A stretch of 63,802 bases of DNA, filler included, from Octopus bimaculoides (lineage: Eukaryota), in assembly GCF_001194135.2 (NCBI RefSeq). It is 4 parts of 4 records of this genome, joined end to end, with 100 filler letters (N's around TTAATTAATTAA, not from the genome) between each part and the next. Parts side by side here need not be neighbours in the genome. Positions count along the whole stretch, not along the records: positions 1 to 27,414 come from NC_068982.1; 3 more parts are not named here. One strand, 5' to 3'. The translations under genes and the position numbers were made by a program. Within the stretch, counting starts at the first letter, position 1, and every line of letters starts with the position of its first letter. The notes below the pieces were generated by a model that was not told where the DNA came from, ran no database searches, and saw nothing but the letters and a program-made list of their open reading frames with translations. Shown piece by piece: positions 1-14,157 of the stretch.

Positions 1-782
1 GTGTAAGGAGATGCATGCATATACGTATATAAATATATATATATATATGTATATACACATATATTTATGCACACACACGCACTCACACACATACATATAT
101 ATATGCACAGATATACACACACAGGCGCGAATGCACTTGCACATTCAGACACATCATATATATGCATCTATACATACACATACACAAACACATTCTTTTC
201 TGTCGATTAAAACTTTAGAATGTGGTATGTGAGAGATTTGGTCGCTGTTTCTTGCAAGTAAATCATTCACATAGCTGATAGCTTTTTGTGTCATTTTAGG
301 TTGTTATTGTGTTGCTGTTATTCTTCAAGCCCTAGGTCAAACATGTTCCACCATACCCATGACTAAAAGCTTTCCAGCCGTGACTTTCCTGGTTTTCCAG
401 CAGTAATCTAAGGCTGACATCAATTTTTTCATGATTTCTAAAGAGGTTGATGGTGTGATTTAAAGGAGATTTGGCTGTTATTTTTATGGACAAGGATACA
501 TGAGAGACCTGGCTGCTGCTTCCGCGGACAACGTTGGGATTCGCTGTGGTGCCTCGTGTTATTATGCAACACACAAATGCAAATGTAGCAACGAGGCTAT
601 ACCTGTCTTTGTCTTTAAAGTGTGTATTCCCTATCTGTGTTACGAGGACGTCTTGCAAAATTTATGACTATTTAAAATTATCTCATTAATGTGAACGTTT
701 TATATTAATGAATTATTGACTACTTAATTATGCTGTCTTATATGAATCACTACTGTAATATATGTTTAATGTTTTGTGACAG

Positions 783-829
783 GGAAGCACAGGAGATGAA
801 AGAGAAATGGCAAAAAATATTTCCGATGG
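783..829 (+). CDS. Villin/advillin-like (gelsolin family) gene, internal exon, domain G5 (GSTGDEREMAKNISDG)
   Basis: AG at 781-782 and GTATGT donor at 830; 47 nt, phase 0 to 2; matches the gelsolin/villin motif GxGSTGDEREMAK. Confidence 0.9.
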
Positions 830-2842
830 GTATGTGACATTTGCAAATACGTTCACGAACAAGTTATCTAACAAGAAAAAAAAAAAATTTTAATAATCAA
901 AAAGTGAATATTAATGTTATATATAAAAAAAGGAAAGGATGAAAACCAGGGATTGAGAAAGGCAGAAAGGCTAAAAGAAGAGAGGAAGGAGAGAGAAGGA
1001 AAAAGAGAAGAAGAAAGGGAGGGAGAGAAAGAAAGGGAAAATTAGAGAGAGAGAGAGAGAGAGAGAGAAAGTATCATCGATAGTGTTTCAGCTAGTATCG
1101 TACATTCGGACTATCAGTCGAAAGATCAGTAGTTCGTATGCTATAAATAAGACTTGTGTTTCAGGGATGACCGAGACAATTGACTTTCACTGGCTCTATC
1201 TATTGATTTGATACATTACCCTATTTAAGCATAGTTATGAGTTGCAGGAACACTAAATAATGAGTGATTTAGTGTTACGCTAGTTTGTAGCGAGCGTTGT
1301 TTCGAATTTCTCTTGTGTGCCCAGGCAATCACAAAAATACTGCTACAACAAAATTGCGAAACGTTCACACCGGCATTGGAAAATTCTTTTTTCCTAATAA
1401 GAAATTTTCATAATTAGATGAGATACTGTGATCCCATTAAAACGATAAAATAAATCACTATTATGAAGTAATTTCTCTGGTGATTTATTACTTCGTTACG
1501 AGAAATGCCATCACGTTGAAACTCAATTATGAATGATGTTAAAGGATAATAAAGCGGAGAATCTAATGGGAAACTGGAGAAAAAGAAGTTAATAAGTGCA
1601 TTATCAATTATCAAAACTACACGTTTTTGACTCTTGTTTGGAATGAATGTTACTAGTGCACACACACTCTATGCATGTGTCTTATGAACTAGTGACATTA
1701 TATAATTATATATCTCTATGTAATATAAAGTTGAAATAATTGCTAAACATATTTGTTTGTCCAGGTAGATTTATTATTTCACTCCAAGAAATAACTTGAC
1801 GTTGACAACTCAAAACAAAATTGTTGTTATAGATTCTTAAAACGGAAAAATCTGAGAAACTCGACTAAAACATGCTAATGAGTACATTGGCAATCATCAA
1901 AATAAATTAGTTTTGTCATTTGTTGCTTGAAATGTTATTAATCCACAGTGCATATACATATAGTGTATGTGCATTATGAATAAATAGCATTATAGACATA
2001 TTTATCAATTTGTAAAAATAGTGAAAATAATTTTAAAACCTAACTATTTCTTGTGTTCCTAATTACAAATCCTTACTACTTCAATAAGTGGAAACGAGCA
2101 GTTGTGATGTTCAGTCGTTTAAAAGAAAATGGGGAAATCGAGATTCGGACATCATGCTAATTTTTTGAAGTGACCGACCCTTGTTGTTGTCATCTCTGTC
2201 CATCTCGCTACTTGGGTTTTGGAGTACCTCGGTCAGTTGGTGATCTGTTCATTCTGTATAAATTTCTATCATATAATTTGTACACATATACAGAGATGAT
2301 GTATTGGAGCAGTTGTAGTTTACTGAATTGAATATAGTAAATATTTCCTGCACACTAATGCTGGAATAAAATGTAATGTCGAAGCTGACTGGCAAAATTT
2401 GAACCGAGGCATTAATCAACGAAATTGATTACTGCTTAGCATGTTAACATCTCTGCTACCCTTAAAAAACTTATAATATTACAGTAATTTGCTTTAAGGT
2501 AATAGTAATAATAATGGTTTCCAATTTTGGTGCGAGACCAGTAATTTTAGAGAGTTGGAGTTTGTTGCAGGGTTTAATATTTTTAAAGTTTGCATGCTTT
2601 CGAAATAATTAACGTTTTAAATAAAGCAAAGTTTTATGTAATATATTTGAGAATATTAATAAATTTCATTGACTGGTTATCATTATATGCGTTCGGGCAA
2701 CTGCTTGCAAGAAGTAAGCGAATTCTATACACGTTTCTCCAGCGCAACATAGCAAGTTCGCTTGCTAGTCAATCACTGTTCGTTAAACTCAGCATACGAA
2801 AAAGGAATAAAAAACTTAGTTTTCATTATTAGTAGCTAAGCT

Positions 2843-3540
2843 AAAGCGGCGAGCTGGCAGAGTCATTACCGCATCAGACAAAATGCTCTACAGCATTTCG
2901 TCCATTTTTATGTTCTGAGCTCAAATTCCGTAGATGTCGATTTCCTTTTCCTCCTTTCGGGTTGATAAAGAAAGTTCCAGTCAAGTCCCAGGAATGATGA
3001 AATAAATAGCAGTCAAGCACTGGGATCGAAGTAATCGACTTACCCCAACCTTAAAATTCAAGCATTGTGCCTACAGCAGAAAGGATTATTACTAGTAAAC
3101 CTAAGGCAGTGAGCTCGTAAAATCATTATTGTGCTGGACAAAATGGTCTGAGGCATTTCTTCCAGCTTTAAATTCTGAGTTCAAATGCCGTCGGGATCTT
3201 CTTTGCCATTTATAATTTCAGAAATCGGTAAATTAGGATCCAGTTGAGTACTGGGGTTGGTATAATTGACTAACTTTACCTATATTTCAGGTCTTTTAGA
3301 AGGCTCTTGTAGAAAAGATTCTTATTATCAAAGCTAGGGTGTAGGTTGGCAGAGTCATTAGAGCGTGGCAGACATCTCCACCTCTGAGTCTAAATAACAC
3401 CACGACCATCTTCCCCTTTTATTCTTTCAGAGTTGATAAAATAAAAGTTCTTGTCACATACTGCAGTGGATTAAAACAGCTAATCTGTCCCCCAAAATTT
3501 TAGTCTCCATGCTTTTGTTAGAAATAATTATTATTAGTAA
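2843..3540 (+). mobile_element. Three head-to-tail degenerate tRNA-like SINE copies (family B)
   Basis: Each begins with a GGCxxxGAGCTGGCAG-like head, most contain GAGTTCAAAT-like box B, and each ends in an ATTATT tail; similar to 11614-11819. Confidence 0.65.
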
Positions 3541-4329
3541 AATAACATCACCGAATTCCGTATTTTCAGAATTACTTCAACCAAATTCTCGGTGATGGAG
3601 TGTGTTCATTACCATTGAGAATTCGTTTATTGTATAAGTAAAAGGAACCACAGTTTTGTTCACAAAGTCTACCAAAAGACATGTATGAACTTAGTTGGCC
3701 TAAAGAGAAAAGATGAATTTTTTAGGACATGCATGTTATGTATATGAACGTTATAGAACAAGAATAGAAATTATACTTCAAACAAAATTCCACAAAACCA
3801 AAAGTAATGCGAAAGCAGTGCTTCATCCCGGCGCCAATTTGATAAACAACATAGTACCGGGAATCACGAAGAGTTTCGTGATAATATTGAATTATTATCC
3901 AGGGAAAATTCATTTCTTTCAGGCGTCTGCTATTGATGATTAGTCTGATAACGTGGTAGTTTTATTTCTTTTCTCCTTCATTTCCATCAATATATTTCGT
4001 TTTAAGGAATGGTCTGACGTCACTGCCAATGATTACCGATGAATTTACTTAGCTGTTGTCTTGACACAGTTGAGTTTGACAGAATGAAGTCGAAACTTAT
4101 TTCACTGTTATTGTTTCTGTATGTGTTCTTTCATGCCAAAGAACCACCTGACCATGAAATACCCATGTATTGAAACGAATAAAAAAGAGAAAGAAGGTGT
4201 TGTTGACTATCTCTAAACATGTGTGTGTGTGTGAATGTGTATGTGTGTATGTATGTGCATATGCATGTATGCATGTGTGTATACTTAAATATATCTTTAC
4301 AAACGCACACACATACACACACACATCTT

Positions 4330-4920
4330 AATTGCTGGTAGGAACACCGTATTTTGTTTGAAGCCATAATATACTACCAAGTATATAAGTCAATACTGTG
4401 GCCTATTTTTACATTAGCAGTGAATTGCAATCAGTTTTAAGTTATCTTCACAAATTTTCTATAGAATTTAAAACCAGCGTTGAAAGTGACGACGTTTCGT
4501 ATACGGATACGTTTATGTTAACAATGCAATCGATGATTGAAGAATAGGTAATGGGCGTATATACATATTTCAAGAGTTATTACTTCTTCAGAATCATATC
4601 CGACCCAATAATTATCCCCGGACAATTCTAAAAGCCACTAAGTTTGGTGGCGTAACACTGTTGAATAAACCGATTTACATATTAATCACATTCCTGGCAA
4701 CTGATACATATAAATTAGTTGCTTGTAGGGACAACATATATCATTTGCAAGCCTAATATGCTACAGAGTATATTAGTCAATACTATGTCTTACACTTGTA
4801 TTAGCAGTGTTACGTAATCACTTTGAGTTATCTCGTATTGTTTACATAGACGTATTCGTATACGAAACGTCGTGACTCTCAGTGCTGGCTCTAAATTCTA
4901 TAGAAAATCTGTGTAATGAG
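4330..4920 (-). repeat. Unclassified ~600-bp repeat, inverted homolog of 15388-15998, terminal ~85 bp flipped
   Basis: 4330-4830 aligns to the reverse complement of about 15500-15998; 4835-4920 aligns directly to 15388-15470. Confidence 0.75.
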
Positions 4921-4924
4921 GTTA

Positions 4925-5478
4925 ATGCTTTTTGTGGCTATTCGAGTCGTTGATTGTTTACTCTTATTTCAACCAACTGCCGGTACTACTTTGTACCCTT
5001 ATTTATTAACTTGCTTTTAGGTTTTAATTGCTAACGAGCCACCTATATTATAATGTACTTAATATAGTTCAATATATTAATATATTATATAATATATTAT
5101 TGTATTTATTCTATACACTTTGACCGTTTTGAATTTAGCGCTGGCTTTCAACGGTTTTTCTCATGAGTTGTACGAGGCGAGCTACCATTTTTAACCGGAG
5201 TATCAGTAAGATCCTCAGAAGAACTAAGATTATAATGATCAGAGTTCGAAATCACGCGAGAAGGATATGTCTGTTCACTTCATTTTACGAGTTTTAGCTC
5301 GCACCCTTGCTTTCCGTCAATTCATATGGTTAGTGCTTTGTGTGGCTATTCGAGTAATTTTTAAGACACTTATTTCTAGCAATTTCCGGTACTAATTTGT
5401 ACATTTGTTTATTAACTTATCTCTAGGTTTTAATTGCTAACGTGCCACCTATATTATAATGTATTTAATGTATTTTAT
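4925..5478 (+). repeat. Direct repeat of ~140 bp (about 4925-5070 and 5335-5478)
   Basis: GTGGCTATTCGAGT...GGTTTTAATTGCTAACGxGCCACCTATATTATAATGTA occurs twice, about 410 bp apart. Confidence 0.85.
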
Positions 5479-5480
5479 TG

Positions 5481-5510
<30 letters not shown>

Positions 5511-5511
<1 letters not shown>

Positions 5512-5700
5512 CTCTTTTACTTGTTTCAGTCATTTGACTAAAGGCTGGAGCACCGCCTTTAGTCGACCAAATCGAACCTTTGTAAGCCTAGTACTTATTC
5601 TATCGGTCTGTTTTGCCGAACCGCTAGGCTACGGGGACGTAAACACACCACCATCGGTTGTCAAGCGATGCTGGGGGGGGGGACAAACACAGACACAAAA
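5511..5700 (-). mobile_element. SINE family A, 3' part, running into a gap
   Basis: TTTTACTTGTTTCAGTCATTTGACT...GCCGAACCGCTA shared with 10328, 18461 and 57141. Confidence 0.8.
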
Positions 5701-6688
5701 ACATATACACACACACTTATATATNNNNNNNNNNNNNNNNNNNNNNNNNNNNNNNNNNNNNNNNNNNNNNNNNNNNNNNNNNNNNNNNNNNNNNNNNNNN
5801 NNNNNNNNNNNNNNNNNNNNNNNNNNNNNNNNNNNNNNNNNNNNNNNNNNNNNNNNNNNNNNNNNNNNNNNNNNNNNNNNNNNNNNNNNNNNNNNNNNNN
5901 NNNNNNNNNNNNNNNNNNNNNNNNNNNNNNNNNNNNNNNNNNNNNNNNNNNNNNNNNNNNNNNNNNNNNNNNNNNNNNNNNNNNNNNNNNNNNNNNNNNN
6001 NNNNNNNNNNNNNNNNNNNNNNNNNNNNNNNNNNNNNNNNNNNNNNNNNNNNNNNNNNNNNNNNNNNNNNNNNNNNNNNNNNNNNNNNNNNNNNNNNNNN
6101 NNNNNNNNNNNNNNNNNNNNNNNNNNNNNNNNNNNNNNNNNNNNNNNNNNNNNNNNNNNNNNNNNNNNNNNNNNNNNNNNNNNNNNNNNNNNNNNNNNNN
6201 NNNNNNNNNNNNNNNNNNNNNNNNNNNNNNNNNNNNNNNNNNNNNNNNNNNNNNNNNNNNNNNNNNNNNNNNNNNNNNNNNNNNNNNNNNNNNNNNNNNN
6301 NNNNNNNNNNNNNNNNNNNNNNNNNNNNNNNNNNNNNNNNNNNNNNNNNNNNNNNNNNNNNNNNNNNNNNNNNNNNNNNNNNNNNNNNNNNNNNNNNNNN
6401 NNNNNNNNNNNNNNNNNNNNNNNNNNNNNNNNNNNNNNNNNNNNNNNNNNNNNNNNNNNNNNNNNNNNNNNNNNNNNNNNNNNNNNNNNNNNNNNNNNNN
6501 NNNNNNNNNNNNNNNNNNNNNNNNNNNNNNNNNNNNNNNNNNNNNNNNNNNNNNNNNNNNNNNNNNNNNNNNNNNNNNNNNNNNNNNNNNNNNNNNNNNN
6601 NNNNNNNNNNNNNNNNNNNNNNNNNNNNNNNNNNNNNNNNNNNNNNNNNNNNNNNNNNNNNNNNNNNNNNNNNNNNNNNNNNNNNATA

Positions 6689-6723
<35 letters not shown>

Positions 6724-6816
6724 TCGTGTATATGTGTATGAGTGTGTGTGTGTGTGTATAAGATTTAGTTAAGATAAAGATTTGTACATTCACTTTTCTT
6801 TTGTTTTTGTCTTTAG

Positions 6817-6907
6817 AGCCACATTCATTCCAGAGGGTCATGAAAAGCCAGAATTTTGGAATTGCCTTGGTGGTTTCGAGCCTTATATGAACGATAAACA
6901 GATACAG
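6817..6907 (+). CDS. Villin/advillin-like exon (ATFIPEGHEKPEFWNCLGGFEPYMNDKQIQ)
   Basis: Pyrimidine tract plus TAG acceptor, GTACAA donor; 91 nt completes the phase-2 codon of the previous exon; EGxExxxFWxxLGG motif. Confidence 0.93.
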
Positions 6908-7617
6908 GTACAATATATTTTTATATAGCGAATGTTCATATAACACCCTACATTGCAAAAATGAAGTGACAGTTATGAAGCATTTTAAAAAGTCATTTCT
7001 TTATTTATTACACGTACAATATTATTGACTAAAATAAATGTTCCTAGTGAGGAGGAAGCCATAGTAAATCACTTATATTAGATTCAAAACAAAACAAGCC
7101 AACAATTTTATTTGACTACTCAATTTATTATCAGAACATAATATATAAAATAGATATGTACTGTAGAAATACATAATGCATAATCAATTATTAATCGATA
7201 TATTGTATCTACTTAATCAAAAACCAAAACAAAGTCTATTCAGCTGCGAAGTTTTCTTCCGACAGTAATTAATTTGTTGTTTATGTTTCATAAGGCTGAC
7301 ACTGTACGGAACATATTTTGACTTCATGTTGATATGAATTTCTTCTCCTAGCTTGTAAAAAAAGGAAGAACAGTAGCAACAACTATATTTGAAAGCAAAC
7401 CCACACCGCTAAACCGTTAAGGTATATTTTCGACTCATGCTTCAGTTCCTATCAACATAAATTACCGACCGAACAAACGAGAAATTTAAGCGGAAACTAA
7501 TTCTAGTGACGCGTTCGCTGGAACGCAAGTTCTAAAATAACAATATCACTAAAAAGACAATAATAATATGTTATGAATATTGAATTCAAGAAATCAATCA
7601 AACTATATTTCTTTCAG

Positions 7618-7707
7618 AATCTAAAGGCAGAACACAGGCCTCGACTGTTCTGTTTCAGTAAAATCTCGGAACCAATGAAAGTGGAAGAAATATATAACTT
7701 TGAACAA
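7618..7707 (+). CDS. Villin/advillin-like exon, start of G6 (NLKAEHRPRLFCFSKISEPMKVEEIYNFEQ)
   Basis: TTTCAG acceptor, GTGAGT donor; 90 nt phase 0-0; PRLF...EIxxFxQ motif. Confidence 0.93.
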
Positions 7708-10327
7708 GTGAGTTTTGAGTTTTAAATTTGTTTCAACAGGACGAATTGTGTATAATCATGGTAACTGTTTGTTAGTGTGTGAATACTGAAGAGAGGTAGT
7801 GCGTTAACCACGAATCAGATTTATGAGTCTGTTACATCTGGTATGCTGAAGTATTCAGTTATGTTTCCCAGATCCTTGTTTCTTTACATTATTTACTATT
7901 TAGAGTCACTATTAACTATACACTATTAATTATACACATTCGTATGTCGAGGATACTGTCAGTCAATTCTTGATAATCTTTTATGCATAGTCGTTGACCA
8001 CATCATTCTTAATCATATAATAACTAACAAATTGATAACATATGTTATCACATTAGCTACACATAAGTTGCCAAAACGACGGCGGTCACGAGAATCGACT
8101 GTCAAATGATGTAATGTATTTATGATGTAATGTTTCAAATCCGATCAGGATTAAAATAATATACAGTGAATAATACCTATTTATAAACATTCAAGTAATT
8201 CTCAACGTACTAACTTTTCTAACTTCTCTGTACATTTTAATACATACTATGTATTTGTTCAAATGATCGTTAAAAGCAAAGGGAATTAAAACGTAATTAA
8301 CAGGAGTTTTGTGAAAGTTAAATGAACGTAAAGAAACCTAGTTACCTACTAAAAAACGACCTGAAAAAACTTTTCGCAATCAATTACTTGAAATTATAAT
8401 CGGTTGAAATGTATGAGCATATTCTTTCCCAGTTGCAAGTAATTTCTATTCTGGACTCTATAGTATTTTGTTAAATTAAAGTATTTGAAAACCGAAAATA
8501 AATTTGGACTGATATTCAATAGCACATAATCATCACTTTTATAACTTCAAATATTTTGTATTACTAATTTAAGGTTTCATGATATTCTGTGAAGTATCTG
8601 AGGCAGAAATTTGATGTTAGGCAATTTAAGCAAATGTTATATAGGATGGTATTTAAAATATTTTGGAATAGTTTTTTTTTTTGTTTTTTGAGTGAGTGTT
8701 TTGACAATTTATCTGCGTCATATACATTTAATGAAACAAATATTCGTTTATAGCATTTATGCTTTGAATTTCTTTTACAAACATTTTTGAATTTTCATTT
8801 TAATTAAGTATAATATCGCTGTAGCTACAAGTGCAAAGTATCATTATTTTTCACTAAAGAATGAAAATAAAATAAAAAATAAACAAACTGAAAAATTGAG
8901 AGAAAAAACATTAGCATTAAAAAAAAATCAGTTATTAAGTATTAAGTGTGTTTGTACATTCAACAAAGTGCTATTAATGCCAGATATCTAATTGTAATTT
9001 GTTTTCTGTTAGCAATATCATTATTTAGATGTTTCCCCAAATATAAATTAATTTCGATTCAACATTAAATGACATTAACGAAACCTTCATATAATCGGTA
9101 ATAGCTTTTAAACTGGTTACATTTCAATATATTTCTCATACAGCTAATTTTCATAAGAATATATATGTATAAAATTTATGATTCAAATTTTGTTTGTAAT
9201 TGTCTCTGCTGTACAATAATTGAATTGATGAAATTATATTTACAATTTTAATACGCGCGTGCGCGTTTAAAGTATTTGAACTTGTTATAGAGTGAAAATC
9301 AAGAATTAAATGGTTTTCATTAAAGTTTTGATTTTTTACGAAATTATTTCTGATAATTGAATACACTTTTCTAGTGCATATTTAATAGTAGTCTTGCAGA
9401 TTTACATAACTCTATAAGTATATGGGAGAAATGTGCAGGATTGGATTCGCTCTCGGAGAACGTAGCTGCAGATTATATCAAACTGACGGTGAAGAAAGTC
9501 AAAGTTGACCTAACGGGACTTAAAACGAACATTAATTTGTCCTTTAATTAGGAAGGAATGTAATAGTCATGATCCATTACGGAGCCTCCAACACTATTGG
9601 TAGGAAGGAAGGGATCGTTAAGCCGAAAGTGTGGTCCAATATTTGTAACAAATTAAATTCCGCTAAAGTTACTTAAGGCCCAGGTTGCGGTGTTAAATTG
9701 GGTGACGAAGGAAGTTTACCATCCAAGTAGGCCATATCAAGATTTAAACTAAGAACACAAGGTACCGAAACAAATATCACCAGAACACTTAAGCTGAAAT
9801 AATACTAGATACACTGTCTCTCTCTGTAAATAGGTACGGTTGATCTCACCTGACACAAAGGCCTGCTTGATGAAAGCTGATATCGTGTTATATAAGGAGG
9901 ATACAGAAAGTTATCCAATTAATTTCATAGCAATTGCCAACAAGAATGTTACGATTGTTTTGACATCTATGTATCCATCTTATTATATATATAAGATACA
10001 TCGTACAGAATGACATTCGTCAGTCAAATAATATATTTGGTTATTTATCTTAGTTACTGAAATTCCTTTCGGTAACAGGAGCTTATTTGATTATGTGAAA
10101 TAAAACTAAGTGTAATATCGTCTAGTATAGAATATTAATTTCTATCAAACAGTTAATGAACGTATTCATGTCCCATACATGATTTGAACACGTTTCAAAA
10201 GGAAAATATACCATACAACGGAACAGTCATTAAGGTTTTAAACGTGTACGTATGATGCATTGTATTTGTCATTGCAGGTGTTACAGAGAAGAATGTATAT
10301 TAAATTGTAATTGATATCTTCTATCGT

Positions 10328-10738
10328 TTACTTGTTTCAGTCGTTGGACTGTGATCATGCTGGGGCACCGCCTCGAGCAGTGTAGTAAAAAAAACCTCTA
10401 GTACTGATGCTTTTTTTTCTTTGAAGCTTGTTACTTACTCTATTGGTGTCTGTTGCTGAACCGCTAGGTTATGGGAACATAAACAAACAAACAACGATTG
10501 TGAAGTGGTGGTGAGGGTGACAAATACAGACAGAAAGATGCACACATATATGCACGTTTGAATATGTATATATACGGGCTACCACACAGATTTCGTCGAC
10601 CAAATCCACTCACAATGCATTGGTCAGTACGGGGCTGTAGTAGAAGACAGTTGCCTAGCCTGCTGCGCGTTGGGACTGACCTCTAAACCAAGTGGTTGCA
10701 AAGCGGGGTTCTTAACCACACTGTCATACCTGCGCCTA
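10328..10738 (-). mobile_element. SINE family A, near full length
   Basis: Tail matches 5511 and 57141; head is the reverse complement of 37369-37467. Confidence 0.8.
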
Positions 10739-11613
10739 TTTAAAAAAAAACATCAATAGGATTTGATTGGCAACGACCAACGAAGAAAAATTTATTCTAC
10801 GTATGCAAGTGCTGCTAAGGGAAATACAATTACTATCATGTAAAGGACAGACTGTTATGATGGTTGCCCTTATCAATGTGAAATGTTTATGAAGTAGTCT
10901 GTGACAGAAACAATGTTCTCGAAAGTCAATGATATGTTAGCACAGAATAATATGCTGAAATCGATTATCTAGTGTAAGGCATGTTGTTGACTTATAACAA
11001 TATTGCATTAACTGGGAATGAATTCGATCGATAACATATTTCATATATCTTAATCTTGTGATTTGTTTCGTACTAGACAACCTGGCTTTGTTAAGACATA
11101 TCTCAATCATACCATATCTAATAGTATAAAGATGCACAGGTACACTAGACGTACTCTAGTTTCAGCAGTGAATATTCAGAAAAAAAACCTACGAAAGATA
11201 AAAAAGAAACTTTTAGTGTATTAAGGCATGTAGTATAGGTCCAGCTTGGCATATAAGTCTTGAGCGGATTCGTTGAGAATTTTTGTTTACAAAAATGTGC
11301 GTATTATATGCTATGAAATGTGGTGCTTATTTAATCTAGCTTTTTGTTTGAAATACATGAGATTTTTAAAAATAAAGATAATCTTCTATTTATGACCCAA
11401 CGGCCAATACATAAATTATAGACCATCAATAACATTTTGGGAAATTAACACTACTGGAATTCGAAATCGGCAATTAATCGAAATTACTGGTTTAGAGAGT
11501 TGGCTGAGTTGACAGTGTTAGCTAACAGAGCGGGAGGACGATATTCCTGTTGATTCATTTGGCCTTGTGTTGTGATAAATGTCAATAGATTTAATAATCA
11601 CTAGTTCAATGCA

Positions 11614-11819
11614 GAAGGCTGCCAGCTGGCAGAAACGTTAGCACGCCGGGCGAAATGCTTAGCAGTATTTCGTCTGTCTTTACGTTGTGAGTTCAAATTC
11701 CGCCGAGGTCGACTTTACCTGTCGGGGTCGATAAATTAAGTACAGTTGCGTACTGGGGTCGATGTAATCGACTGGCCTCTTTCCCCAAAATTGCAGACCT
11801 TGTGTCTAGAGTAGAAAAG
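11614..11819 (+). mobile_element. SINE family B copy with 18-bp target-site duplication
   Basis: AATCACTAGTTCAATGCA at 11596-11613 and 11820-11837; box-B-like GAGTTCAAATTCC. Confidence 0.88.
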
Positions 11820-12037
11820 AATCACTAGTTCAATGCAAATATAACAAGATGTCCGTTGATAGAACATGATGATAAATAATTTTTACTGCAGCGTTTATAG
11901 CAAATATTCCAATTTCATCACGAATTGAACTTCTGAGGTATGGAATTCGAGATAATTATAAAACTAAAGTTTTACCACGTTCATTAGTTACTAATTGTTT
12001 TCTTCATATTTTGATTTTTATGATTTTCTTTACACAG

Positions 12038-12151
12038 AAAGATCTTATTCCTGATGATATCATGTTAATAGACACATGGGATTCCATCTTTCTCTGGATT
12101 GGGAAAGACGTAAGGCACGATGATAAAAAACAAGCCAATATGCTAATTCTG
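12038..12151 (+). CDS. Villin/advillin-like exon, G6 core (KDLIPDDIMLIDTWDSIFLWIGKDVRHDDKKQANMLIL)
   Basis: CAG acceptor, GTAAGA donor; 114 nt phase 0-0; DLxxDDxMxxDxWxxxFxWIG motif. Confidence 0.95.
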
Positions 12152-13835
12152 GTAAGATGATATTTTCTTTCAATAAAATCGTATAAATCCCACAGAAACT
12201 TTAAAATCCGTGTGAACGTAAAGCTAACATACATAAACACACATGCAAATCTGCATTGGGTTGTCAGATAAATTCGTTCTATTTGGCACTCCATCTCATA
12301 TGTCTGAAAAGAGATAACATTTATTCAAATTTTAAAAATGATAAATAAAAATTGTAGAATGACAAAAAGTTGTGTTATATTTCTTGTACCAGTCCCAAAG
12401 GTTAGAATAAATGAGAAACAAAAACAGAAAGATTTTTTTTCTGACAACCTAATGTGTACGAGTCAACAGGAGAGCTCCTGACAGGTTTCTTTACCTCTTA
12501 AAAATGTCTGCAACAAGTCTCAAAAATCACAATGAGGTACATTTGGATGATGACATCCAGTATACATACCACATGAAAAAGCAGGCGATATGACCCCTGG
12601 TGGAATGCAGTCAGCTGTGTTAGGGCCTGTACCAAAAGCAAAAACAAAATATATTTGCTAAGACATACTATGACGTGAGATGTCATATAGACTTATGTTT
12701 ACTAATCTAAAAAGTCATTGCTATTTTGAGTTGGTATTCTACCATTGTACTTTATGTCTCATCAGTGAACATTCTCTAATATAAATACTAATTATGCATA
12801 ACGGCCAGTTTTAGAATCTGTTTTTATTTTAACAACCAAATTAATTATTTAGTTTAGAATTAAGGTTGTGTCAGGAACGTTTCTTTACACTTGGAGCCGA
12901 TGATAAAAGACTTCAAATAACCGCGCACGAGGAGCAACATAATTTTTAATGTGATAATTCTGTCATTGAAAGCAATGTAGAAGTGAAGGTTCGCACCCAG
13001 CGATTGCTTAAATGCATTTATATCACTGATTGTATATATCTAATTTCATTANNNNNNNNNNNNNNNNNNNNNNNNNNNNNNNNNNNNNNNNNNNNNNNNN
13101 NNNNNNNNNNNNNNNNNNNNNNNNNNNNNNNNNNNNNNNNNNNNNNNNNNNNNNNNNNNNNNNNNNNNNNNNNNNNNNNNNNNNNNNNNNNNNNNNNNNN
13201 NNNNNNNNNNNNNNNNNNNNNNNNNNNNNNNNNNNNNNNNNNNNNNNNNNNNNNNNNNNNNNNNNNNNNNNNNNNNNNNNNNNNNNNNNNNNNNNNNNNN
13301 NNNNNNNNNNNNNNNNNNNNNNNNNNNNNNNNNNNNNNNNNNNNNNNNNNNNNNNNNNNNNNNNNNNNNNNNNNNNNNNNNNNNNNNNNNNNNNNNNNNN
13401 NNNNNNNNNNNNNNNNNNNNNNNNNNNNNNNNNNNNNNNNNNNNNNNNNNNNNNNNNNNNNNNNNNNNNNNNNNNNNNNNNNNNNNNNNNNNNNNNNNNN
13501 NNNNNNNNNNNNNNNNNNNNNNNNNNNNNNNNNNNNNNNNNNNNNNNNNNNNNNNNNNNNNNNNNNNNNNNNNNNNNNNNNNNNNNNNNNNNNNNNNNNN
13601 NNNNNNNNNNNNNNNNNNNNNNNNNNNNNNNNNNNNNNNNNNNNNNNNNNNNNNNNNNNNNNNNNNNNNNNNNNNNNNNNNNNNNNNNNNNNNNNNNNNN
13701 NNNNNNNNNNNNNNNNNNNNNNNNNNNNNNNNNNNNNNNNNNNNNNNNNNNNNNNNNNNNNNNNNNNNNNNNNNNNNNNNNNNNNNNNNNNNNNNNNNNN
13801 NNNNNNNNNNNNNNNNNNNNNNNNNNNNNNNNNNN

Positions 13836-13893
<58 letters not shown>

Positions 13894-14105
13894 CTGTTGC
13901 AGCTGGCACCTCACATTTATCTGAATTTCACTTTTCCTGATCTTCAGATTGGATATGAAGTGTAATTTGTATTCTGTCTGTTGATCGTATATTTGAAAAT
14001 GGAATAAGTAGATGTAAGGTGACAACTACAATATCCAATAATATCTTCCACCCCATGATATTGAGTAACGTTTAGATGTTCTCACCTTGACCTTCATACA
14101 CTACG

Positions 14106-14157
<52 letters not shown>

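Noticed and set aside
332-658. 108-aa minus-strand ORF
   Set aside because: No recognisable motif; lies in an intron among degenerate repeats.
1249-1276. 10-bp hairpin AACACTAAAT/ATTTAGTGTT
   Set aside because: AT-rich and short; plausible by chance; too small for a pre-miRNA.
3713-3943. Overlapping short ORFs on both strands
   Set aside because: No gelsolin motif, no convincing splice sites, and not needed to join the flanking exons.
5459-6958. Long ORFs spanning N runs (also at 13.0, 14.7, 29.5, 37.3, 47.1, 49.4, 52.1 and 55.4 kb)
   Set aside because: Artefacts of translating gaps and microsatellites.
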